DNA of 64,000 nt. Origin: Chiloscyllium plagiosum. Taxonomy: Eukaryota. The position numbers and the translations under genes were made by a program. The stretch's first letter is position 1. Every line of letters starts with the position of its first letter. Below the pieces are notes generated by a model that saw only the letters and a program-made list of their open reading frames with translations, ran no database searches and was not told the DNA's origin. Of the stretch, positions 11,155 through 25,000 are shown piece by piece. The stretch covers positions 3,783,866-3,847,865 of the forward strand of contig NC_057751.1 of the NCBI RefSeq assembly GCF_004010195.1, written 5' to 3'.

Positions 11155-14100
11155 CTCGTCCTTTAAGCAATTCCACCCTTTGGCTTTATATTCTCATTCC
11201 AAATTAAAGTTCCAAGTTTTGTGTACCTTGTCTGTGCTGCCCAACACTTCAAAGATCTGGATCATCTCCACTTTCAGTCCCCATTTCTTCGAGAAAGCCC
11301 TCATGTAACTTGAATCCTCATATTCCAACTATAAGTCAATGTCAAACAATCTGCAATTATGAGATTCACTTCTGGGCCACAATCTTTGTTCATAATGGTA
11401 GCACTCACTGCCCATCTGTCATTGCCCTAAGGTACTGGGCTCAATAAGGAACCCAGTTCAATGTCAAATGCATTGGCTGATGCTAGCCCCCAACATTTCA
11501 CTTTAAAAGGCACCTCTCAATGGTAATACACAGGCACATGACAATAAACAGGTACTCATTTTGTCTTCAAACATGCCAACAACATGTGGTCCAACAACGA
11601 ACAAATATAATTAGCAGTTGGTTCTGCAAGGTATGATGTTAACTTACCATTGAGAAGTCACAACAGTTAAGTGAGTTCCATGTTTCTACAACATTATAAA
11701 TGGCAAATATGATTTTCATGACTCGCTAAAAATTCTAAGTATACTTTGACCTTCACACCACTCTGGTTCTTCCATACCAAAAAACCTTAAAAGACAGGTC
11801 ACCCATTTCCAACTCCTCTAACATAAGTGGCTGATGGAAAGCAAAAGAATTAGCTTTATGAATGTGTGATTCATCTATGAAAATTGACCTCAGAGTTCAT
11901 TCTGTAAAAGCACAGTCTGTAAACATCAGAATAAAATCAATGCTGATTTACATTCTATATTCAGTTCAAGTAAAACAGTGGTAATGCCTGATCACACTAT
12001 CCCCACATGCAGCCAAGTATTTTGTTCTCATGACCCATAATATTCAAAATTACACTGCAGTAGTTTAAAATGTTTTTTTGGAAAACTACGCTTTGGTTCT
12101 CAAAGGGTAAATAGAACAATACCGTTTGCTAACTTTGGAGAGCTGGAGTTGGCTGCTTTAAGGTTTTATTCGTTTTCAAGTATTTGATGACATTTCCAAA
12201 ATAACGATGCCAAAGGGGTGTCAGGCAGTGAACAGAAGGAGAAGGCTATACCATGTAGGTGGAAGGAAATCCAATTAGTTATGCAGCATGAATGTGTCTG
12301 TGTGGGAGTAGGTGTGTGGGGTGGAGGAGGGAGTTCCTGGCTCATCCCAATGACAAATCATTAGAACACGAATTAACTAGCCATCACCTTGGGAACAAGA
12401 TAAAGGGCTTCCCTGAGTAATGACTTACTCCAAAACACAGCTTACTTAAAGGCTGTGAAATCATCATTTGAAAATCAACACAAGGGAACACTGTGACTAA
12501 GCAGCAAGTACAGTGTGTTTGTGAAAGTTCTGATTGCTTAAAATAAATTCTTGTTCTCTCCCACAGTATTATTCATGAGAATATTGGAGCCTGAAGTCTT
12601 AATTCTAAAGTTTGCTGCAGCTTGCTCAATGGTCCAATGCTATTGATCTGACACTTGGCTGTTATCCTTCATGTCTGTGATTCAGCATACACCCCTTTAC
12701 AATGCACCTTAGTTTCAAGGTGAACATCAATGAAGTATCTTTGACAAACTCTTCTGGCTTTATTCAATCAAAATACCCTTCTGCATCCAGTCAATTTATT
12801 TTTTGATCAGTCTTTTCTTAAAGGATGACAATTCCCTTGACTTTGTTCTCCTGCAACTTGTACTCAAAATGAGATCTGAGAAATTTCTCAACTTACGCTG
12901 TTTCAGAGCAGAATCAGAAGATTTAGCAGGTGATCAGACTCCCCAAGCACCAAAAATGATTAAACAGTTGATTTCCGAATCAAATCAACACCCAGATGGA
13001 TATTTGCTTATCTCCTGTAAGGCAGCAAGCTTGCTAACAACTCCTTCACACATGATCAGTGCAATACCCTATTGTGGTCCAGGCTTGTATGCCACAATTT
13101 TCCTCAAAATAATTCATGGGTCCAAATAAAGCACGAATGGCACCCTAACTGTGAGTTAGCATTGAATAGCTATTTCTCAGTAAAGAAGCGAACATGCTGG
13201 CAGATTGCAAAACAAGGTTGGAAAGCTGTGCACAAAGTTTGCAAAACCATTGAAGTTTGGACACTGGTAACCTGACATGGGAAAGCAATAATGTGAGCAA
13301 ATAAAGTCAGATCAACAGGGACTAAGTGAAGAGAACAAGATTGAGCATTACTGACAAATCATGAGACTTGTTAGTTACTGAGAGAGAATACCATCTGAAA
13401 CATGCAGAATGTATGTCCTTGGAGAGGATGTCTCAACCACATCAGCCCAAAGGCCTGTAAATTGAATCCAACTTAATCATATCAGGCATATCTGGTATTG
13501 TAGTCAGCATTACATTCAGGAAGTGATACGTTTGCACAATTTAAGAGCAGAGAAAAAAGCCAATTTGGCATATATTCAATGTGCAACCCTCAGTGAACAC
13601 CACCTTCAGAGTGAAGATATTTGCATTACTGCTCACTGTGGGATGGATTTGCTAGCACCATTCTCTTTTAGGGTAGGTATACACAGGGCCCACACATGAT
13701 CCAGTAAGGTAGAGGGAGATTATTTGATAGTTGGATGAGTTGGGGCTTTTGTTTGACTACTTGTTAACAACCGTGATAGATTTTGTTACAAAGACTGGGA
13801 GAAAGACTCAGATCTTAGTCCATCAAAGTCCTCAGCTATCCCATACCAAGTTTGGAAGTCATTATCATCATGGATGGAGTAGAAGGCAGTCCTCTGTATT
13901 AATTCTTTCACAGCCTGACACCCATAGATATCTCCTACAGGCTCTTTTTTCTCATGATTCATACGTTACTTTTGTATTTGTGATAATATTTGTTCCTACC
14001 CCATCTGTTTACCACACTCCTCCCACCACAACCCAAGTCTCTTTTTTCCCAAATTCAGGCAATGTCGAGATTTCACTTGTCTCCAAAATATGTTCTCCTT

Positions 14101-14600
14101 TGTTTTAGGAGATTAGTAGATTGTTGGGTTGAAGACTGTTAACTTTGATTCTTTTCCTGATAGTTGAGGTCTGCAGATCCCTTTAAACTGGAAGACCTTT
14201 AATCTTTCACATGACCTTAGTGGTGTACACCTTTCCGCTGAAACAGGCAATTTATTCCATTGTACCACCTGGAAAATGTTCCATCTCATGCATTTCCTCC
14301 ACAGATGATAGCTGTCCAATTGAAACAGGCAATTTCTTTGGCAGTATCTTAAACTTTTGACCGTGGCAATTCTTTCTTGACTGTATCCTGAAACTGTGGA
14401 TGTTGATCATCCTGTTTCAGGGATGGTTTCCATGGGATTCTCTACAGTAAGTTTTTAATCTGCGTCAGCAGATTTTTATTCTCAATCTGCTGGTAAAACT
14501 GTTGCAAAGTGTGTCAACCCTTTAATTTATTGATTAGATTGGACACTTACCTTCACCCTCAGTGATTGTCATTTTGGTGAAACCACAATGTTCACTTCCT

Positions 14601-15804
14601 TGAAATAACTTCACAGAAGCTGGCATCCCATTAATGATATAGAAGATGGTATTAATAATTAATGATATAGAAGACGGTATTAGTAATAACATCAGCAAAT
14701 TTGCTGATGATACTAAGCTGGGTGACAGGGTGAAATGTGAGGAGGATGTTAGGAGATTGCAGGGTGACCTGGACAGGTTAGGTGAGTGGTCAGATGCATG
14801 GCAGATGCAGTTTAATGTGGATAAATGTATGGTTATCCACTTTGGTGGCAAGAACAGGAAGGCAGATTACTACCTAAATGGAATCAATTTAGGTAAAGGG
14901 GCAGTATAAAGAGATCTTGCACACCAGTCAATGAAGGTAAGCATGCAGGTACAGCAGGTAGTGAAGAAAGCTAACAGCATGCTGGCCTTCATAACAAGAG
15001 GGATTGAGGATAGAAGCAAAGAGTTTCTTCTGCAGCTGTACAGGCCCCTGGTGAGACCGCACCTGGAATATTGTGTGCAGTTCTGGTCTCCAAATTTGAG
15101 GAAAGACATTCTGGCTATTGAGGGAGTGCAGCGTAGATTCACGAGGTCAATTCCAGGAATGGCAGGACTATCTTATGTTGAAAGATTGGAGCGACTGGGC
15201 TTATACGCCCTTGAGTTTAGAAGACTGAGAGGGGATCTGATTGAGACGTATAAGATTGTTAAAGGATTGGACATTCTAGAGGCAGGAAACATGTTTCCAC
15301 TGATGGGTGAGTGCCGAACCAGAGGACACAGCTAAAAATAAGGAGCAGGCTATTTAGGACAGAGATGAGGAGAAACTTCTTCACCCAGAGTGTGGTGGCT
15401 GTGTGGAATGCTCTGTCCCAGAAGGCAGTGGAGGCCCAGTCTCTGGATTCGTTTAAGAAAGAGTTGGATAGAGCTCTCAAGATTGTGGAATCAAGGGTTA
15501 TGGAGTTAAGGCAGGAACAGGATACTGATTGAGGATGATTAGCCATGATCATAGTGAATGGTGGTGTAGGCTCAAAGGGCAGAATGGCCTACTCCTGCAC
15601 CTATTGTCTATTGTCTACCAAGGCAGCCTTTATTTTCACATGGAAAAGCCTTGACATTGATCCAGCTCCATCAGAGAGATCTCTCAGATAGAACAGGACA
15701 TCTGACACCCTTGATCTTAGCCAGAGCTCCCCGACTGGCCCAGATTATTAGCCCCAATCAGGGAACTCAAATTCTATGATGTCCACCTGGCTGACCTTGT
15801 TACA
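14601..15804 (-). mobile_element. short LTR split by a CR1 insertion (pieces 14601-14630 and 15618-15804)
   Basis: The joined pieces match 45728-45966 in reverse (GGAGCTGGATCA..TCCATGTG.AAATAA..TTGG / GGGAT.CCAGC.TCTGTG.AG.TAT.TCA); G-run (PPT-like) just upstream on the minus strand. Confidence 0.7.
14631..15617 (+). mobile_element. young 5'-truncated CR1 LINE
   Basis: KFADDTKLG, LVRPHLEYCVQFWSP; tail (CTATTGT)n; same subfamily as 43347-45070. Confidence 0.95.
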
Positions 15805-16381
15805 ACCCCCAATTCCCAGTTCTGCTATTTTAGAATTTCTTCTTGCATGGCATGACTTCTGTCCCTGATTCTGAAGAGTTTTTTTTCCCGGCAAGAAAAG
15901 GAAATGAAATTACCCCCTGAAACTTGTGAATCAACTTAGCATCTTACAGTAGGCTTTAACTTACAATAACTATTTGTCTCCCAAACTCTGTTGCACTCAG
16001 TTGAAAATGCATCAAGGTGCTCAAGTGGAATATCATGATTAGTGTCTATATGGTTCCTCCTGTTGCCCACAAACTAAACTGACTCTTGGGTTGGGAACAT
16101 TTCTGCCGATGCAATATAGTTGCAGATTTTGACCTTACATACAATACGAAACAAACTTCTTACCCAAAGTAGATTGTAATTTTCGATTTGGTTCTGTAAT
16201 GGGAGCTCTATGAAATCTTAAATCTGTTATCCCCTCACTAAATGTGCCTTAATTCATCTATTCCAAGACCAGTTGTTGTTTGACGAGTTTTGACTCCTTC
16301 GACCAGAAAAAGTGAAGTCTCAGCATCCATTCACAATCAAGAATGAGAATTCTTGACTGTGAAGTATTTTTGGTGTTCTAC

Positions 16382-17142
16382 TGTTCGGACACAGAGGTTG
16401 AACCCCTCTATTAATTAAACCAAACACCCAGAAAAGCTCACCATGCCTGTAATCTGTTCAAATATCAGTGACAGATAACTCCCAAATTCCACCATTTAAA
16501 GGAAATAACATCAATTTATTTTTAAACTCAAAGTGAACATTAAACAACTACTCACACCTCTGCCTCCAACTCTATAACAATATACTGTTCCAATAAGACA
16601 CTTATTAAAATTACATGAACTTACTTTCAAAACCACAGAGCCACTGTCATCTTCAGTCTTTCTTCTTCTGGCTACAGATCTCCCTGGATCGTCTTCTTTC
16701 TTTTTACTGCGAATGTGTTTCACATGAAAAGGTACCTTTGATAGAAAGAGTTTTCTAATTTGAGAGCAAGATGCTCGCTCTCCAGGAGTTTTTCTCTCTT
16801 CGGCAGTTGCTCTCTGACCAATTTTCAAAATCACCGCATTCTTATACCCCGAACATTGGATCATCTCATTGTTGTTTTGTCAACATTGAACCAAATTCAA
16901 ACACGATTGGGTTTTAGTATCCCTGGGGCATAATTTAAACTGATTGGTTAAATTCAAATTGTTGGAAAAACAGCAACCAAAACTCAGGTAACCATTTCAT
17001 AGCCAAACGTTATATATTTTCAATTTTCCAGTACACGCTGGGACTGCCATCTAGTCATATACACATGGGCTTGTAAGTTCGCAGTTCAGAACAGCATTTG
17101 CTCTCTCTTAAAGGTAAAGTACATGCCTTCAATTTCATAACA
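16382..17142 (-). mobile_element. solo LTR
   Basis: TGTT...AACA termini with perfect 4-bp TSD CTAC (16378-16381 / 17143-17146); minus-strand TATAA and AATAAA. Confidence 0.9.
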
Positions 17143-17749
17143 CTACTAACTGTTAACTCACGTCAGAGAACTGCTTCTCTCTGGACTGTTTGTCTCAAGT
17201 AGTTTCACTCTTAGATTAGTTGCACTGGAGTTGGCTACAGGATGTGTGTTTTTAACTGAAGTTGAAAATGTAATATAGTAACTCTCAGTCTGATATCAAC
17301 ATTGAGATTAGTGAAATGTCCATTGAAATAAATATCCTTGTGTTAAAAACCTAGGTCGAGCTCACTGACCTCTCCAAGAAACATATTAAGATGTTTCTTC
17401 TATTGTTGTAGACAGTTCTATTTCATTAACCTTTCAGTGTTGATAGCTCTTAGACTTCTTGCTTTTCTCTCACTATGTGCTACTTCAGTATATTTTTTAA
17501 AACTGGTTTAATGAGTTTCAAATAGAGCATTCCTTTTTAGTCGCTGGGCATTGTTGTTGCCTGTGAAGTTTCATTTCTCCACATCTCCTGACAGGGAACT
17601 TGAGTGAATGCTGTTTGTCATACTCATTATACTGGTTTCTCACATGTTTCTTTTGTACTTTTGTACCTTAAGCCTGAATGGATTGTGCTAATCTCCAGTG
17701 CTAAGGCTGATCCTCCCCACTGAGGATTGATCGACCTTAACACATCATT

Positions 17750-18100
17750 GGCATGACTTTCTCGAGAATTAAATTTTCTCTTGACAAAAATAATGCTGCT
17801 GAAGATTCATAAGCAACTCTGACAACAATTCTGGTCTCTTATGAATTCTGAGGTTAAATTTCAAGAGTTACATTTATCTGTCAGGATCATCAATTAAATT
17901 AACTATAGAATTCCCTGAATGCTTAACCCTTGAATTAAATTTTGCTCTTCCAAGAATTTTATTTGTTTTGATGTTGAAGCAATTGTCAAAGATTCTCAAC
18001 CCCTTATGTCTTTTACAAGTAAAATTGAGGATTTCGAATTTCACAGGAAAAATACAGAATTCCTGATTCTTTTGCATTTCTTCGGATGACACCTGCTATT
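17750..18100 (-). pseudogene. decayed Gypsy-type gag relic
   Basis: ILGRAKFNSRVKHSGNSIVNLIDD followed by a frameshifted IRD.IVV.VA-like segment; resembles the ERAKFNxR.Q..GES...LIRDRIVVG block of Gypsy gag. Confidence 0.6.
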
Positions 18101-18748
18101 AATAGTCGAAGTAAATGACTCCTACTTCCTTAATGGCTTTCGTGAATTAATCCAACTAATTGCGGCGTTAGCAACATGCTTTTTCTGGCTGATTCCCACT
18201 ATGTGCTGTTGAAATAATAATTCCCATTTCTTTCAGTTTTCCTGATTAATTCCAGCTTTCTGTGGTTTCAATAAATGTCTCCTGGCTTTCATGCCCTTTG
18301 AAAATGGATCTTCCATTTTTGCTACGTCTTCACAAAGTGTAAGAAATTTCCTTTCATAGAGTCATAGAGATGTACAGCATGGAAACTAACCCTTCAGTCC
18401 AACTCGTCCATGCTGACCAGATATAGAACCTAGAACACAGGATGTTACAGCGCAGTACAGGGCCTTGGGCCCTCGATGTTGCACCGACCTGTGAAAATTA
18501 TCTGATGCCCATCTAACCTACACCATTCCATTATTATCCATATGTATGTCCAATGCCCATTTAAAAGCCTTTAACGTTGGCGAGTGTACTACTGTTGCAA
18601 ACAGGCCACTCCATGTTCCAACTACTCTCTGAGTGAAGAAATTACCCCTAATATCTGTCCTAAAGCTGTCACCCCTCAATTTAAAGCTATGTCTCCTCAT
18701 GTTAGCCTTCATCATCCAAGGAAAAAAGCTCCCACTGTCTACCCAATC

Positions 18749-19803
18749 ATGTTCTGGTGGTACTTGGGCAACACCTTCCTTAGATTGGCTTGATTGAAGT
18801 CGCCAGTTACAATAAACAGGGCCTCGGAGTGTTCCAGTTCCAGGGTGTTAATGGTGGAGTACAGCACATCCAGAGCTCCCTCAATCTTTGCTGTGGCAGT
18901 ATGTACACAGCAATTAGTTTTGTAGCGGTAAATTCCTGTGGTAGATAGAAGGGACAACATTTGATGGTGAAGAATTCAGGGTTTGGGGAGCAATGGCTGT
19001 CCAGGGCTGCAATGTCCGTGCACAAGTTAATGATTAAAAAGCAAACACTTCCACCCTTTGTCTTACCCGAGGACGCTGCACGGTTCGTATGATGGATAGA
19101 AGAACTATCAGCCTGAAGTGCGCAGACAGGAATGGACGGGTAGAGCCAGGTTTCTGTGAAGCAGAGTGTGCAGCAATCGCGCAGTTCTCTCTGGAAACTG
19201 AGCTGTGATCTGAGTTTGTCCATATTGTTCCCCAGAGATTGTACATTTGCTTGGAGAAAGCTCAGAAGGGGGGGGGGTCTTGAAACCGTGTAGTCTCAGT
19301 CTTACTCGCAGGCCGGCACGCTTACCCCATTTCTTCGCAGGTTTCTTACATTTGAGTGGTCCGGTGGTCTGATGGATTGGATTGTGACTGCTTCCAGTTA
19401 AGCCATCCTTCCTGGGACCCTGTGGAGCAGGTAGGTTGCAATTTAGTGTATTTTTGCAGAGGGTCTGCTTAGCAGGTAATTTACTTCGTGTTTTTTTTTA
19501 ACCGAAGCGAGTTTGCTGAGGACCCAGTGGAGAAGTTCCTGGTTCCAGTTGCTGCTGATTTGCTGCTCCAGGAAGTGTATGGGCTGCTCTGCAGGTACAT
19601 GCTGATTGATTTCATGTCAAGCAAGCATCTTATGGGGTTGGGAGCGTTTTGTGTCAGTTCTCCTTCCCTGGGCAGGTCTCTCATGTCCCTCCATCTTCCA
19701 ACAGGCCCCAAGCCTGGGGCTCGCGTAGGCTGCCGCCGGCTGGCCTGGCCTTCTTCCAGGGTGGTCGGCTGAGTTGTGGGCACCACATGGTCTGCCGCCT
19801 TCT
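18749..19803 (-). mobile_element. Rex/Babar LINE 5' segment (inverted): putative 5' region plus APE endonuclease N-terminal half
   Basis: CFTETWL, SGKTKGGSVC, PFYLPQEFT, VTGDFNQANLRKVLPKY. Confidence 0.85.
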
Positions 19804-22013
19804 AAGCCAATCTAAGGAAGGTGTTGCCCAAGTACCAGCAGAACATTACCTGCCCCAGCAAGGCCCAAACATTTTAGACCACTGCTACACCACTGTGAAG
19901 GATGTCAACCACTCCTTTCCCCGCCCTCATCTCGGGAACTCCGACCACAATGCCGTGTTTCTTCTCCCAGCTTACAGGCAAAAGCAGGAGACCTCCTTGT
20001 GGATACAGGTCCAGTACTGGTCGGAAGAGGCAGAGGATCAACTCCGGTGCTGTCTGGAATCAGCTGACTGGGCCATGTTCAAACAGTCCTCAGGTAGCTT
20101 GGACGAGTACGCCACCACCATCACAGACTTTATCAGCAAGTGTGCAGAGGACTGCACACTGAGGAAGTCAATCCGGGTGTTCCCCTTCAGGAAACCCTGA
20201 ATGAATCAGGACATACAGAACCTGCTAAAAACCAGGTGTGAGGTCTTCAGATCAGGAGACCCACTCAAATATAATGAATCCAAGTATGACTTTCGCCAAG
20301 GACCAATACCGATCCAAAGTAGAGTTCCAGACAGACACCCAGCGACTATGACAAGGACTGAATGACATCACAGGTTCTCAAAAGAGACAGTGCAAGATAG
20401 CAGATGATGACACATCTCTCCCAGATTGTCTCCACGCCTTCTACGCTCGCTTTGAGCAGAATTTCGGCAGAGCGGTAACACCTATTCCAACAAGTCCTGA
20501 CGAACCTATCCCAACAGTCACTGCATCAGAGGCCAGATCAATCTTCCTTCATGTGATTCCAAGGGAAGCGATGGGACCAGACAGAGTCACAGGCCGTGCA
20601 CTTGGAGCTTGCGCAGATCAACTGGCAGAGATCTTCTTGGACATTTTCAACCTCTTCCTGCAGCAGGCCACTGACCTTGCCTGATTCAAGAGGGCCAACA
20701 TCATCCCTGTGCCGAAGAAGGCTCATGCAGCACGTCTCAAAGACTACCACCCAGTGGCCCTAACTTTGGTGGTCATGATGTGCTTTGAAAGGCTTGTGAT
20801 GGCATTAATCAACTCCAGCCTCCCACAACTCTTGACCCACTCCAATTTGCCTGTCGGACCAACAGATCCATGTCAGATTTCCCCTTCACTCCTCCTGAGA
20901 ACATCTTGACACAAGAACCGCTACATAAGAATCCCACTCATTGACTGCAGTTCAGCCTTCAATACCATTATCCCTCAAGACTGATTAATAAACTAAGTGA
21001 TCTTGAACTAAGCCCCACTCTCTGAAACTAGATCCTCAGTCTCCTGACCCACAGGCCACAATCAGTGAAGAATGGGGACAATATATCATCCTCACTGACA
21101 CTTAACAGTGGAGCCCCCTACTGTATTCACTGTATACCCATGACTGTGTTGCCAAATACCAGACTAATGCCATTTACAGGTTCACTGATGACACCACCAG
21201 AATTGATCGAATCTCAGATGGTGACGAAACAGACTACAGACAGGAGGTGGAACACCTGGAAAAATGGTGCACCGAGAACATCCTAGCTGTCAATGCTGGC
21301 AAAGCCAAGGAACTCATTATTGATTTTCAGCTGGATGTTACTCATGACCCCCTACACATTAACAGCACAGAGGTGGAACGAATGAAGACTATCAAGCTCC
21401 TGGGAGTGGTCATCCACAACAAGTTTTCTTGGACTCATGTGGATGCACTGGTTATAAAGGCTCAACGTTTCTTCTTCCTCAGACAGCTGAGGAAATTCGG
21501 CATGACGATGAATACCCTTGCCAACTTTTGTAGGTGCACCATCAAGAGCATTCTGTCTGAAGGTATCACTATCTGGTATGGCAACTGTACCAATCAAGAT
21601 CGGAGACAGCGACAGAGAGTGGTGAACTCGGCCCGGACAATCACATCGGCCAACCTCCCATCTATTGAAACCATTGACCAGGCCCGCTGTCAAGGAAAGG
21701 CCACCAGCATTCTCAAAGATCCATTCCATCTTGGCAATGTTTTTCTAGAATGTATACCATCGGGGAGAAGGTACAGAAGCCTGAACTCACGCACCAGCTG
21801 GTTTTGTAACAGTTTCTATTGCACTGTTGTTAGAATGGACTCACAAACTCTTAACATGCACCAGTACCTGTGTTTTGTTTTTGCCGCTACTCACCTATTA
21901 TTTACTTATCTATGCACCTAACTATATGATCTGCCTCTATTGCTTGCAAGACAAAGCTTTTCACTGTGCCTTGGTACACGTGACAATAAATTCAATTCAA
22001 TTCAATTCAATTC
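19804..22013 (+). mobile_element. Rex/Babar LINE 3' segment: endonuclease C-terminal half, RT, (TTCAA)n tail
   Basis: LDHCY, GNSDH, DYHPVALTLVVMMCFERLV, FFLRQLRKFG, ITIWYGNC, PSGRRYRS; AATAAA plus (TTCAA)4 at 21985-22013. Confidence 0.9.
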
Positions 22014-25000
22014 CCTCTCTAACTATCTGATTATATGTCTTGATTAAGTCATCTCTCAACCATCTTCTCTCCAACGAAATCAGCCTCGGTTCCCTCAGCC
22101 TTTCCTCGTAAGACCTTCCTTCCATACCAGAAAACATCCTAGTAAATCTCCTCTGAACCCTTGCCAAAGCTTCCACATCTTCCTATAATGTGGTAACCAG
22201 AACTGCATGCAACACTCCAGGTGTGGCCTTACCAGTGTCTTGTACAGCTGAAGCATGACCTCGTGGCTCCAAAACGCAATTCACCTATTAATAAATGCCA
22301 ACACACCACATGCCTTCTTAACAACCTTATCAACCTGGGTGGCATCTTTCAGGGATTTATGCACCAGGAAATTGAGATCTCTCTGTTCATCTGCGCTGCT
22401 AAGAATTTTACCATTAGCCCAGCTCTCCGTATTTTTGTTTCTTATTCTGAAGCGAACTACCTCTCACTTTTCCTCATTAAACTCTATTTGCCCCTTCTCT
22501 GCCCAGCTCTGCAGCTTATCGATGTCCCTCTGTAACCCACAACATCCTTCGGCACTATCCACAACTCTGCCTGCCTTAGTGTCATCTGCAAATTTACTAA
22601 CTCATCCTTCTACGCCCACATCCAGATCATTCATAAAAATGAAAAACAGCAGTGGCCCCAAAACAGATCCTTGCGGCATACCACTGGTAACTGAGCTCCA
22701 GGATGAACATTTCCCATCAACTACCACCTTCTGTCTTCTTTCTGATTCTGATCTTTCAATTTCTGATCCAAAACGCGAAAGCACCTTCGATCCCGAAAGT
22801 GCTTATCTTGTGCAATAGCCTACCGTGTGGAACCTTATCAAATGCTTTACTGAAGTCCATATACATCGCATCAACCGCTTCACCTTCATCCACCTGTTTG
22901 GTCACCTTCTCAAAGAACTCAATAAGGTTAATGAGGCATGACCTACCCTTCACAAAACCGTGTTGACTATCCCTTATCAAATTATTCATTTCCAGATGAT
23001 TCTAAATCCTATCTCTTCAAACCTTTTCCAACCTCACCCACAACCAAAATAAGGCTCACTGGCCTATAATTACCAGGGTTATCCAGACTCCCCTTCTTCA
23101 ACAAGGGAACAACATTTGCTACCCCTGTCAACAATGGTAACATAAAGATCAAAGCCAAAGGCTCAGCAAATCTCCTCCCTGGCTTCCCAGAGAATCTGAG
23201 GATAAATCCCATCCAACCCAGGGGTCTTATCTATTTTCAGATCTTCCAAAATTGCTAAAACCTCCTCTTTGTCAACCTCAATCCCATTCAATCTTGTAGC
23301 CTATATCTCCATATTCTCACTAACATTGCCCTTTTCCAATGCGAATACTGATGAAAAATATTCATCAAGTGCTTCCCCTATGTCCTCAGATTCCACACAC
23401 AACTTCCCACTACATTTTTGATCGGTCCTATTCTTACTCTCGTCATTCTTTTATTCCGGATGGATGTAGAGAAGGCCTTAGGGTTTTCCTTGATTCTATC
23501 CGCCAACAACTTCTCATGTCCCCATCCGACTCTTCTTAGCCCTTTCCTTCGATCTTTTCTGGCTAACTTATAACTCTCAAGCCCCCTAACTGAGCCTTCA
23601 CACCTCACCTTCACATAAGCCTTGTTCTTCCTCTTCAAGAACTCAATTTCTTTCGTAAACCATGGCTCCCTCTCTCAACAAGTAACTTGATATAGTTATC
23701 AAGGACCCGCAGTAGCAGTTCCTTGAGTAAGCTCCACATTTCAAGTGTGTCCATCCCCTGCATTTTTATTTCTTATCCTTTGCATCGTAACTCTTGCTTA
23801 ATCACATCGTAATTGCCTTTCCCCCAGTTGTACCTCTTTCCCAGCGGTATATACGTATTCCTGCCCCTTGCTATTGTAAACATAACCGAATTATGGTCAC
23901 TATCGCCAAAGTGCTCACCTACCTCCAAATCTAACACCTGGCCGGGTTCATTCCCCAGTACCAAATCCAATATGGCATCTCCACTTGCTGGCCTGTCTAC
24001 ATGCTGTGGCAGAAATCCCTCCTGCACACAACTGGACAAAAACTGACCCATCTAAACTACTTAAACTGTGGTATTCCCAGTCAATATTGGGGAAGTTAAA
24101 GTCCTCCACAACAACTACCCTGTTACTCTCGCTCCGATCGAGAATTATTTTTGCTACCCTTTCCTTGACATCCCTGGAACAATTCAGAGGCCTATAGAAA
24201 ACTCCCAACAGGGTGACCTCTCCTTTCCTATTTCTAACCTCAGCCCAAAATTACCTCAGTGGATGAGTCTTCAAACGTTATCTCAACTGCTGTAATACTA
24301 TCCTTGATTAACAATGCCACATCCCCCATCCCTTCCTTTTACTATCTTCTCTATTCTTGCTGAAACATCTAAATGCTGGACTCCACACAATCATTCCTGT
24401 CCCTTCTCTAGCCATGTCTCTGAAATGGCCTAAATTAATCTACACCCATTTGGCTCATATCCCTTCCTATTCACGTAATCATCCAGGTGACTATTAAGGT
24501 ACCAGCCTCTACCACTTCCTCTGACAGCTCATTCCATCCAAGCATCACCTTCTGCATGAAAGAAGTTGCCCTTTTCCTCCCTTTTAAATCTTTCCCCTCT
24601 TACCTTAAACTTATCCCCTCTAGTTTTGGACTCCCCGATTCTGGGGAAAAAGACCTTGGTTATCCATCCTATCCGTGTCCCTCATGAGTTTATAAATTTC
24701 TATAAGATCATCGCTCAGCCTCCGATGCTCCAGGGAAGATAACCCCAGACTATTCAGCCTTTCCCTATACCACAAACCCTCCAACCCTGGCAACAGTCTT
24801 GTAAATCTTTTCTGATGCTTTTCAAGTTTCACAACATCCTTTGTATAGTTGAATGACCAGGATTGAACGCAGTATTCCAGAAGTGGCTGCACCAATGCTC
24901 TGTCCAGCCACAATATGACCTCTCAACTCCTATACTCAATGCAGTGACCAAAAAAAAATAAACATACCAAATGCCTTCTTCACTGTCCTGTCTACCTGTG

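Larger units (their letters stand above)
18425..24428 (-). mobile_element. CR1 LINE (middle element; pieces 18425-18748 and ~22014-24428), endonuclease plus RT
   Basis: [53 protein letters not shown]. Confidence 0.9.
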
